Shown here: in pieces, positions 13,232-25,420 of the stretch | How positions within the stretch are numbered: position 1 is the stretch's first letter | Layout of the letters: each line of letters opens with the position of its first letter | Assembly: GCA_012295275.1 (NCBI GenBank) | Contig: CM022665.1 | Span: 35,464,001-35,528,000, forward strand | DNA from: Chrysomallon squamiferum | Taxonomy: Eukaryota > Animalia > Mollusca | Direction of reading: 5' to 3' | DNA: 64,000 bases | The notes under the pieces: model-generated | Databases searched by the model: none | What the model was told of the DNA's origin: nothing | Seen by the model: the letters and a program-made list of their open reading frames with translations, nothing else | Translations under genes and position numbers: made by a program

Positions 13232-15379
13232 CTGAAAAAAATAAATAAAATATATATGTAGAAAACCCCAAAAATAAAATAAAAAAAACTAATACCACCT
13301 CAAAAAAAATAAAAATAAAATAAAAATAAAAATAAAAGTTTTTAAAAAATACACCCCCACCCAGGTAATTAATTACACATCAAAAGTTCAAATCGGTGCA
13401 CTGTGAATTAATTTCGCTTAAGTACAGCCGGCGCACGTTAATTGCAAATGAAAATAAATTAAACAAATATTCAACAGACTGTTCAAAAGATTCAGCATTA
13501 TAATACTTTATTAACTAAAAGGGTTAACGGTTTAAATTTAAAATGTAATTTAAGATATATTATTTTCTTTATTACTGTATACCAGTCTAAATTAATGTAA
13601 AAATAAATAAATATGTATATATTTTTAATTAAATATTTAACTAATCTATTTTAAAATGAATGAATGTGTTCAGAAACATTTCAGAATAAGAATTACAAAA
13701 CCTAAAATTGAGAACAGTTTATATTTATGTCAAACAGTTTTGCCTTTAAAAGATCTCATTGGTTTGTCCGTCTACACTTTCAAAGCCATTTACATTACAA
13801 AACTGGTTATTTTAATATTGTACGTCAGCAATTTTCAGGATCACAAATGTTACCACTTAATTATGTAACAATCTATCATTCATAAATAATATTAAAATAC
13901 AATTACCTTTCTTTTTTGTTTATGTAACTTTTATTATTATTATTTTTTTTTTATCGATGCTTTTAGAGAATAGTGTTTCGTTGCTCACTGACACTTTTCA
14001 GTTTTATTAATTCTATTAGTTTAGTAGTAATGGCTGGCTTTCTTTTTAGTATCGCAATGACGTGAGACGTTAACAATCTCTCTGTATGTCTGTTTGTCTC
14101 TCTGTCCTACAAGATGGCATTCATTTGACTTTGCTTTAGGTTGAAGTATATTTAAATGACAATGAATGTCTAGAATAACATGTAATTTGATATGCAGCAC
14201 CTCATTTAAATAAAAAGTAAATTATCATAGGATATTTTTAAAATATAGAACAGAACAGTTATGACTTCAGCCAAAAGGTAATACAATAGCAAAGCACCAT
14301 TACTAAGCAAATAAAACACGTTTTTTAAAATTTTAATATTTATATGAAACAGTTTTGAAATTATTATGTCAGAATAGCAAGTTAGTGCACCTTTAATTCA
14401 TAGTAAGTTACTGAATTGTAAAAGGGTTCGATATTTACATGTAATAGTTTAGAAATTGTTATGTAAAGTTAGCAAGTTATAACATATTTACAGCTTATTC
14501 AGTTTTAAAAAGCTAAGTATGGTAGTTAAGAAGTAGTTAACTTGTCAACTTAGGTTATTGTATCTTTATTTCACAATTCGTTCCAGTAATAAATATAAGG
14601 ACATCTGTTAGAAAACATAATGGATTTCCATTGTTTAATTATTCTTTTCAGTTACACCAAAACAAAAACATCTGAAGATAATATAAAACCTCAACTACGT
14701 CTGTTGGCGGGTAACAATTACAGTCTAGTATCAATTTGTTTATATTACAGTTATGTTTAAAAAACATTACAACTTGTCGCGGTGAATCGAACATCCCGTT
14801 TTAATATATTAATCAAATTAAATAACTATTGTCTTATGCTACTGCTACTGTTCATTGTCATCATCATCAATAACAGCAACACATCATATTGTAAATGTAC
14901 TATGAGTACGTTGTGCATGTAATTTAAACTTAAACCTTTTAAAATTTAACATTTTTAATGTAGACAGAATAAAATATATAGATATATAAATATTTAAGTT
15001 AAAAGGAGATTATGGCGAATGTGGAGCTGTATTACAACAACAATAGCACCAGCTATACCAGTAATAACAATGGAAAATTTTATAAGCCTACAGAGGCAGT
15101 ATAAAAATAAAACACACATTAAAGGAACTCTGAGTAACTGAATATAAATATCACAGTGGTGGATTGCAATTAAGACTGATTCCATTTTTGGCAGACTATT
15201 TCTACGTAAATAATATTACATTAACAGCAGGTGACATTTGTTTCAACAGATATTAATAACCGTTAAGAATAAATGTTTTTATTATAAATGAAGAATTCGT
15301 CAACAGTAGAACATTGTTTTGAAGAATGTTCTGATGACCATTTCAGTTCATTTTTCCGTCTAATCCGATTTCCAAAACA

Positions 15380-15640
15380 ATATATCAAAGTGTTTCAGAT
15401 GCTTTCCCTTTTTAACCAATGTGCCTCAGTTTGAAAATAAAGTTTGTGGTATGTACTTAATTGTTTTGAAAATATTTTATTACCGTATTCTAAGTATAAT
15501 CAGTGATCTTTTGGAGTATTTCAAATACTCTAGATGCCTAGAACTTTAATCGATGATTAGTACCCAAAGGTTATATCAAAGTCTACGGCTTAGGCTTTTC
15601 TTTCTATTAGAAGGTGTACATCAAATGTCTTAAATATCAT
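15380..15640 (-). mobile_element. Decayed hAT (Buster/Charlie-like) transposase fragment
   Basis: Minus-strand HLLIERKA*A (15616-15587) resembles the HCFIHREALA motif. YHKLYFQTEAHWLKR (about 15451-15407) resembles LLHTEVRWLSRG. Motifs are in the expected order, with stops and frameshifts. Confidence 0.5.
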
Positions 15641-16670
15641 CGAATAAAAAAGTGTTCAGTGCATCGTTAAATCTTTTTTTATTATTCCTTTTTTTTTGAG
15701 GATGAAGACACTAAATCATAATTGTTGTTTTCTTCTTTCATTTTTCAACTGTTGCGTCCAACATCAGACAGTTACAATCAAGTTTGCTATCATTATCGTC
15801 ATTATCTTCATCTCCAGGTCATACTGTTGACGTCTTATATTTCATAGGCAAGGACATTTTAAAGTCAAAACATTCAAAATGTTTCAAGTATATGACAAAT
15901 AAATGTGTCCGGTTCAGCAACTGTTGCTTGTTTATTATTTTTTTTTTTTTTAATAAACACGCATCAATAAACAGGGCTAGACTAACTAGAGGCTCTTCAA
16001 CCTACTGCCAAAGGCTTTGTTAATTTTCTTATCAATTTTAGACATTTTTATTGTTAATCTTATTGATAAAACTCTTTCGTTCATTTACCGGTTTATAATT
16101 CAAATACGCACATCTAGGCATAATACTGATGACCGTTTAAATTTATTTCTCAATCTAGCCGCATCTCCAAAGCAGTATACTGGAGGCGGTTACGTCTTCA
16201 TACTCGTATTGAATGTATTTGTCAAAGCTGATATACACTGGGAGATTAAACTTAATATTAAAATGGACTGTTAATATGGACTCTTGACCTACGCTCTAAA
16301 CTTGAGGTTTTGTTTTACGTAGATCCTTAACCTAGACTCTTGTACTCATGTTGTAGTTTACGACACTGGCTTTAGATCTGTTTTCTTAGGTTATGAGCTT
16401 CTGATCACAGCTTTTTTTTTTTTTTTTTTCCCTTATTCTGAGAGCTGACAATTTTCATAGCAGTTATAAAATGTATTTGTAAACAGAGAAAGAAGGCAAA
16501 ATACACTTTGTTAAAACAGTTACTGAGTAATAATATGAAATATCTTCAATAAATGCAGTACTTGCATTAAAATATGCCAGGAAACAAAAGCACTACCGTT
16601 AATACTGTTTTACTTTTGTAATTTAGGACTTTTATCTTTGACACTTTAACAAACAAAAACAACAATAACA

Positions 16671-16701
<31 letters not shown>

Positions 16702-17034
16702 AAATAAAAAACAAATAACAAATAAAAAAATAAAAATAAAACAATAAAACCCACCCCAAACCCCAAAAATACAACGACAACAATAATTAAAAGATCCAAA
16801 AAGTAAATAAATAAAAAACAACAACAACAAAAACATTTATTATTATTTCACAGATTTTTTGAGAAGTAAAAAATTTCATTTCTTATTAAACAGTACTAGT
16901 TAACAAGGAATGTACAATTTAGAGCGTAACAACACCCCACATCCGGGGACACCAAACACTGACAAGATGCTACTCTTACAACAACATTCCAGTGAATCGT
17001 GCCATGTCATAAGATTTAAGTTTATTTTTGTACA

Positions 17035-17067
<33 letters not shown>

Positions 17068-17229
17068 GTTTTCCTTTTTGTTTAACGACAGCAGTAGAGT
17101 ACTTCGATCGACTGATTTTCTCTTACTGGTTACTTTTAAGAAAAAGTTATTCAGACAAAAACATCAACAACAACATCCCAAACCAGTAACACCCCATCAC
17201 CACTCCAAGACAGCAGGACAAAATACCAA

Positions 17230-17313
17230 GCACGAGAAGACCTGTAGCTAGGAATGATCCTAGATCGCCTAGTGCACTGAGCAAAAATGTTATGAACTAG
17301 GCTATGTATTGCC
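17230..17313 (-). mobile_element. Possible SINE head fragment
   Basis: Minus strand GGCAATACATAGCCTAGTTC...GATCTAGGATCATTCC resembles a degenerate tRNA-derived A/B-box head; a similar stub GGGATATAGCCCAGTCGGTA lies at about 42175. Confidence 0.35.
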
Positions 17314-17955
17314 TTTTTTTGTTATGGTGTGTATACATGTACAAACAGTTCATAACCTCTTGTTTACAGAAAAAAAAGAAAAAGAAAAAAAAGAAGTTTA
17401 CTCAGCATTTCTCCAGTTTCAAATGTTTTACGTAATGAATCGGACAGAAATTTTCCGGCATTTAATTACAAGTGAATAAATAAACTAGAATAGATAACTA
17501 TTAGTAAAATGTAATCAGGTGTATCAGCTTTCAACATCGACCTTAACGAATCAAGTGTTTGTATGCTCACTGACAACCGCTTAGTTATTTGCTTGTTTGA
17601 TCCCTTTAATACACACTGACATAATAACATTTAAAAAATTATATAAAAGACTTTAATTTAAATAGAGATAAATTAAAATAATTTGAAAAATAAATAAATT
17701 AAGTTAAAAAAAAAAGAAGAAAAAAAAAGAAGAAGAAATAATTGCCTTAGGAAAAAGACTATAGGACTTACTGTTAAATTAAAATGTAAATAATTATTTT
17801 TCTTTAGTAATAGCATTTTTTGTGTTAACTAACTCTCACTAGTGTTCCACTGTCACTCGAGTTTTCTAATTTTATGTAAATACATACCGTTTTACAAAGA
17901 CCTTAAAAACCTTGTTAGCACAATTAAAAAATATATGAAACCACAGATGATGATG

Positions 17956-17991
<36 letters not shown>

Positions 17992-19861
17992 GTAAAAAGT
18001 CAGCACTACTTACTATTTCGGAAAGCTGTCGCAGCTGACTGAACCAGACGTAATGTCTTGTACCCGTAAAAAGGTACAGTCCGACAACACGTTATACACT
18101 CGTCTTGAGTTATCACTGCTACCAAGCCATTGGATCGTCTGCTTAATTTTTATTTTTTTATTTTTAAAGAAAGATCCCACAAACCAAGGGACGTCAGAGC
18201 ACTTTGAACCAGATGCGTGATCGAGAAGTTACGGATCACTTGTCAAGTGTAGGCTCTCTTCAGGTATATATATATAGACTAAGACATGCTTGGTTTAAAT
18301 TCTTTTTAAAATTGTGATTTAGAAATAACCGTTTTTCTTTTTTTTTCTTTTTTTTATCTTCGACGTAAAACCTGAAAAAACAATGATGTTAAAAACTTAA
18401 TATATTTAGTGTTCTAGAAATAAACTGATAACCAGAAATAAAATATATTAATGGCTTTCTCTCGTCTGCCTTTTCAAAGATCCGGGATCATACGTAGGAG
18501 TTCTAAATAATAACGAGGTTTGATGTACTGTAAATGCACGCGATACCGTTATATATTTAATATTAGTTAATATGCAGATTATATCGTGCTGAATATCAAT
18601 AATTAAATATGTACTCGGATAACATCAGTTTTGTTTGTTTTTAACACTGATGAATGGTAATTATACGTGTGTATATTTTTAAAATAATATTAAACAACAA
18701 ATGATAAAGAGAAAATAATTATATGTATATTCATTTTAAAACAGACAGTTGAATTATTTCTAAATATTCAGGTGAAATGAATTGTTTTACATTAGGGTTG
18801 GCTGTATCAGGTACCCAGTGATTATTTGAATTCTGTAAGAACTCCATACTGTTTCAAACACGTAGTGGAATTTATTAGGTAAATTCTTCGCTTTCTTTCT
18901 CTCTATATATAATTTTTGGGTACATGTTAAACGATACCAAAAAATATAATAATAAATTATTATATGTGTGTGTGTGTGTATGTGTGTGTGTAAATGTGTT
19001 TGTATATAATTTATGTACGTATGTATTTGGATCTATTAACATGTACCCAAAAGGTATTTCGAGTTCTATAGGAAAAGGACTATACAACTTTTTCAAACCC
19101 TGAATACAAATTCCTTTCAGCAATCATTTCGGGCAAAACCGAGGACAGTGACTGTGTTGTTCAGACAGCGATGTTTTTGTTGTTGGTTTCTCAACAACTT
19201 TAATCAGTGATACAGTCTAACTCTCGAGAAGTTTTCCTCCGGGTCACTGAATAAACCTAAATGTTTTTTCGAAGAGGTAAAACTGTTGGTTAAATCTCGT
19301 AAGTAGATAAAGGAAACAATGTGTTTTTTCCCATTCCAGAAAGTCCTGCTTTCACCAGGGATGCCCATGGAAAACAGTCCTTGGCTTTCACCACTATTTA
19401 GTGAAAACCGTGTGTGATTTTTTTTTTTTTTTTTACATTACAGTCCAAGCGTTGTCATAGCAATTATTTATTTGGTATCCAGCAGCAGTGATAAAATACT
19501 ATTTATACTAACATGTCGTTCAAAAATTTTCGTTATACGTTTTCTTTTTGTTCATCCATTTGAAAAAAAAAAAAAAAAAAAAAAAAAATTGTTTAAGACA
19601 TACGATCCCTTGGTGTATCAAATCCGTGAACAAATAATCTCGTTTCAAAACAGCTTGTATCTGCAATAACTTCCCTATACAATTAAAAACTGATTTATTA
19701 CCTTGCTATACTGAATAACTTCAGAGCATACAGACATAAACACATGCCTACATACATCTATAGTATTCATGCAGCCATGAAACACACTCAGCTTGGATAA
19801 TTGTAAAATATACAATCATAAATACATTACACATAGATACAGCATAAAAAATATTTATTAA

Positions 19862-19901
<40 letters not shown>

Positions 19902-20629
19902 ATACATGAATTTCGTATAAACTAGCACGTCACCTGCTGATCTCTGAACGTTAAAACAGAAAATGTTTTAGGCATAGATACATTAAAATATACTGACTAA
20001 TTATGAAATACTTGGAAGATAAATTCCGACAACTTTCAGACATTTAATATTTTATATTTCAGCGAATAAACGATCAAATTCGTATATGTAACTAATACAA
20101 TTAACATTAGTAACAAAATCTACAATTAAGTCGTCAAAAAATTACTGGTTATTAATTCATTCATTTTAATGACATCGTTACAAATCGGGTATTTTCGTAG
20201 TTTGGCAATTTCCCATAATATAATCAAAAACACTTTCTATATTTAGTTCTATACTTAGGTACAGAGTTCATTCCCCCTCATTGATACAACTATTTTACCT
20301 CAAGTAACACGGTTAATTTGTGACTGACCTCTTCTGGCTGCAGTTTATTCATTGACACTGTTTTGGATTTTACTGTCGGCGAAGTGGAAAACACCTTCAT
20401 TGTTCGTTTTTGTCGCATCCCAGTTGAATAAAATAACATTAACAATGGGTAGTCGAGTTCCCAGATTAGACTTGGCTTCTTCAAAACACAATTAAAACTC
20501 CAGTATCACAACTGTTTACTTATATTTATATTTTGTATGATCGTAGTTTCATACCCAAGTCTAAACAGTCTAGGTAAGTTGAAAATGGGTCGAATTTCTT
20601 ATATTTTATTATTTATTTATTTATTCTTT

Positions 20630-20682
<53 letters not shown>

Positions 20683-23032
20683 TGTTAGTTTCCATATTTT
20701 CAGTGTTTTGGGGTCAGTGGTTAATTTCAGTCTACTTTCCTGACTTTTACGAAGTATATACCTTCTTCTTGTTTTTCACCTGTGCTCTTTTACTAACTTT
20801 TACTTCGTTTTCCTTCCCTCTCTCCTCCTCTCTGGATAATAATACAGTGTTTAAAACTTATATTCTTTGTTCTTGTGTCTCAGATGAACTGTTTTTAGCG
20901 CATCCGATGAGCTTTATTATGTCCGAAACAGCGTCTAAAAATTGGCTTATCAGCGGAGGTAGTTACTGCTTTTTTATTCAGTGGTAAGGTACTGATAAAA
21001 TATTCCTTACATATTCTCTGGTATGTGTACATGTGTGTGTGTGTTTGCGTGTGTGAAACCCACTTTCATATTTAGATAGTGAGTCTAGAATATATTATAA
21101 TGAAATTCAAGACCACCGCAAGAATGTTAAAGTTTGTCACCCTCTACAGACGTTTTATAATAAATCCTTTTTGTTAAGGAACAGTCTACTTATTTGTTAC
21201 TGTCCTTTTGTTTCTCTTGTCTTTCAAAATAGAAAAGATAAAAAAAAAAAAAAAAATCATCTACTTGAAGAAAGAAAGAAACAACACTATGCGTAAAATT
21301 ATAAATATTTTTAAAATTTATGTTTTAATTGATTTTGTTTGTTGTTGTTTTGTTTTGTTTTTTGTTTAAAAAAGTAAATGAATAAATAAAAATAAAAACA
21401 AACAAACAAACCATCCTACAATTTTTTTTTTTTCAAATGTGACCTAATGATACTAAGAATGACTTCATATCCCCCAAAATCCATTAAATTATGACCTAGT
21501 TTTCGACACAGTGACCTGTGAGGTATTTTTGTTCAACCACAAGAAACATTTGGCCCTATGACCTCTAATATACACAGATAAGATAATTTAAAAAATATAT
21601 GTGGTGTTATATCACTTAGAAACACGTCACAACAATACTCACGTAATACCGAGACACAATAAGTCAAGTTTCAACACTCATGAACATAATTATTTAGGCC
21701 AACGACGCCTGGTTATTATTTTTAGCATCCTTTATTTAAGATTATACATTAAAAAAGTATTTGTTATATCAGAATTGTTAGAAACAAGTTCGAATCTAGC
21801 CTGCAAAAGGATTTAAACAACTTATGCTAATTTTATTTACGCGGTTTATATTAGACTTCAACCTTTTATTTTCTACGATATATAGAGAATATATTTCTAG
21901 TTAATGTTACATACACCTGTTTCAAAACATGACAGACATTTAAACGAGAAAACTAGTAATTTAATATTAAGCACATAATGACAACAGCGGGGCAGGTATT
22001 TTAGAATTCTTTCATCGACTGAAATACATATAATGTATTAAAAATTGTTAATAAAAGAAGTGTAGGAGTAACACAAAGAAAAGAAAAGAAAAGAAAATAC
22101 AAACACATACACATTAAAATAATCAACATTTTAAGGCTTCTCCAGATATGCATCATATAATGACAACATAAGTCTTTCTATGTGTTTGTCCATGTGTGTG
22201 CGTGTGTGCATGTGTGTGCATATGTGAATGTATATGTACACGTGTGTGTGAGTAGTAAATAATAAGTACTTTGTAAAATATGAACTGATAAACAAAATAT
22301 TTTCTGAAATATTTTATGCAGAAATAATTAAATCCATTTCCTTATTAACAATTTATTACAATAATATTATTTTGTTTAATTAACAATATGATATTCTGGA
22401 TTTATTTATTATAAATAGAATAAGAATTTAGTTTTAATTAGAAAACACAATAAATTCATATATTCCGTTATATTACTCTTGTTTTCAGTTTGAGTAAACA
22501 TTGCTAAGTAAGAGAATAAAAGACAAATATTTCTGATGAACGTAAGCTTGTAAATACAGTTTATATTTTTCTATATTAAAAACTACAACCTTATTATTAA
22601 TACATTTAACTTAATGGCTAGAATTAATTATAATAAAATATTAATATTCAGAAAACATACAATTATAATTAAAAACTATAATATGACTTGGAACAGAAAG
22701 ATTATATAAAGTGCTAGACTATCAATAGCGTAATTCTTGCTTCATCTGTTACATATTAAATGGATAATTACATGAAACAGAAGCTGTATGAAGCTGCATC
22801 TCTCAAGGGGTGGCTTTTAATATTCCATGAGTTTCATAGAAACCACAAAAAAAAAAAAAAAAAAAAAAAATTAAAAAAAGGAAAATAAACCCAAAACAAC
22901 CCCCAACCCCCACAATTTTTTTAATAATAATAACAATAACAATAAAAAAATATATATAATCCCCACAAAAGAACATAGTGTCAAGATCTCCAATCAAGAG
23001 GCGTTCATTCACAACAGAATCATCAATTTTTG

Positions 23033-23481
23033 TCAAAGCGGTGTATAAGACGATTCCTCAAATTCGAATGCACCAAAATTAAAATCCTTATCTAACAATG
23101 AAGAGATTGTGAAGTCATTCATGTTCTTACAAGAAGGTGGCCCAAATGATAAATCCTTGCCAAAAAGTGAACCAAACGCCGTGTCCTTGAAATCAAAAGC
23201 ACTTAACGACAGATCTTTGGTGAGATCGGATCCTATCAAAACGTCTATTCCAGTCAAGGAATCAAACACAGAATCTTCAGAAGCAAGGGAAACCTGCGTC
23301 ACATCTTTGTCAGCCACAGCTGTTAGGGTCAAATCTTTGTCGGGATAAAAGTTGTCGACGTCGAAACAAATCATGTCTGTGGGTGATTCTGTCTTCATAC
23401 TAGCATCGTCTTCCGGAAAACCGGGACAGTCTTGTAGCATAGAGTTTTCAGAGCTCAGTGACAACAAGGATGCAAACGCGG
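23033..23481 (-). CDS. Paralog B last coding exon: end of DCD plus acidic decapeptide-repeat tail
   Basis: TTTTTCCAG|CCGCGT; in frame with ORF 23033..23467; stop TGA at 23033-23035. Confidence 0.88.
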
Positions 23482-25375
23482 CTGGAAAAAAAAAAGAAAA
23501 AAAAAAAGAGGAAATATTGTCTCAATTGAGTGATAACTGAAATCATTGTAATTATCGCTGCATGACAAACCTTGTTCACTGAGAACAAATACATGTATAT
23601 ATTTGTGTGTGTGTACACATATACATACCCACATACATAAATATATACACAGTATATATAATATTAGTATTAATATAATATAATAAAATATGACATAAGA
23701 ACATTAATTTTAGTCAATGTTTAAAATAAAAGATGGGAAAGGAAACAAGATTAAGACAACATAGCTACAGCAGCAGCTACAACATCAATACTGATCATCC
23801 TGAAATCCCATATAACTTAACAATTACAAAAAAACCCAAAAAAAAACCAATTCTACATGCCTTAATGAACAGATGATTTACATTCAGATCACACCAGGCA
23901 GTAAGCAGATATTTAAGCTGTTGTGTATAGAAATACATATAACATCCATACTTATTTAATGAACAAGAAACTTATATTTCATTTGTTAAATTTGTTTAAT
24001 GGTTTATTTAACTTACATGTTCGTATCGTCGTTAGTGATAATTGTCTTGTTGCCCAGTCAAGTACTGACGTGATGAAACTTTGAAGAGAATTCCGAGTTA
24101 CTGTGCTGTTGTAGGACTCAAACAATGGTCGAATGAAGAAACTGAACTGGGAATGTGTTAAAGAAATAATCATTTTGTGTTTGCTTATTAAAACGATTGT
24201 TGGTGGAAGTCATTTAAAATTAAAAAGAAGAAGAAAAAAAAGAAGAAGAAATTTTTTCTATCATAGTGTAAGTACAGTTACAAAGGGAAAATAAGAGAAA
24301 TAATAATAATAATAATAATAATAGAATAATAATAATAATAAAATTATAATGATAATGATGATGATTATGATGAAGATGACAATGTTGATGATGATGACGA
24401 TAATAATAATAATAATATAATTATAATGATAATAAAGTTGCCTGCATGTATAAAACAACAACCGTTTTGAGTATAATTGTTGAAGTACTTAAACAAAACA
24501 TTTTTTTATTTTTTTTATTTTTTTAACATTAATGATATATTTCTGATGTAAAAAGGATACAATCCAAAATTTCCAGTTCTTCCGTTTTCGATCTTGAATG
24601 TATTGTTCTAAACGATCGTCCATTGACATGGGCTTTGTATCATCGACTCTTTCATCGGCTGTGTATTTCTGATCTAACCTGTTAAAACAGAACCGTTTTG
24701 TAATTTACTCTGTTTGCTACAGTTTTAATACAAGACATTTTATTGTTGTTATCTAGGACGAATTCTTCTTCGTCATCATCGTCATCGACGCCGTCTCCTT
24801 CATTATCACCATAGTCGACATCTTCATTCATAATGTCGATTTTGTCATCATCGTTGTGGCAAGCTTCCTCTTCTTCATCGTAAACTTTTTGTCTAATTTT
24901 CTTCAATTCACAAAGTATTATAAATCGTTTGTTTAGTGATTCGTTAATCATCATTGCAGCAAACATTACTATGTAAATTAGTTTTAAAAAGATAAACATT
25001 TATCATTACCATTTAAAAGAGTAATAAATTCACGTCCAATTGTTAAAATATTATGGTAGTTAATGACATATTATACTTACTCGATAGCTGTTTTAAGATG
25101 ATGTATTTCTTCACAGAGTTCATTTATCTTCTTCCTTTGTTCGTTGTACTCAGCCTGCAATTTTTTACTGTGTTCCACGGCTGTGTATGTTAAGTAGAGT
25201 ATTATACATGATCAGTTATTTAGTATAACAACAACAACAACATATGATATAAAAATAAATTAACACATAAATTTAAAAGAAAAAGTATAAAAGAAAAGTA
25301 CAACACTAGTCATGACAAAATAATAATAATAATAACAATAACAACAAAACAAAACAACAATAACAATAGCAGCAA

Positions 25376-25420
<45 letters not shown>

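Noticed and set aside
20200-21000. Coding-looking patches that might be missing N-terminal exons of paralog A
   Set aside because: Stops interrupt the frames and there are no Mondo MCR motifs; perhaps a TE relic, but I cannot name it.
24682-24999. Acidic 105-aa ORF inside a paralog B intron
   Set aside because: Derived from a decayed (GAT/GAC)n tract; no counterpart in paralog A, and the flanking exons join in frame without it.
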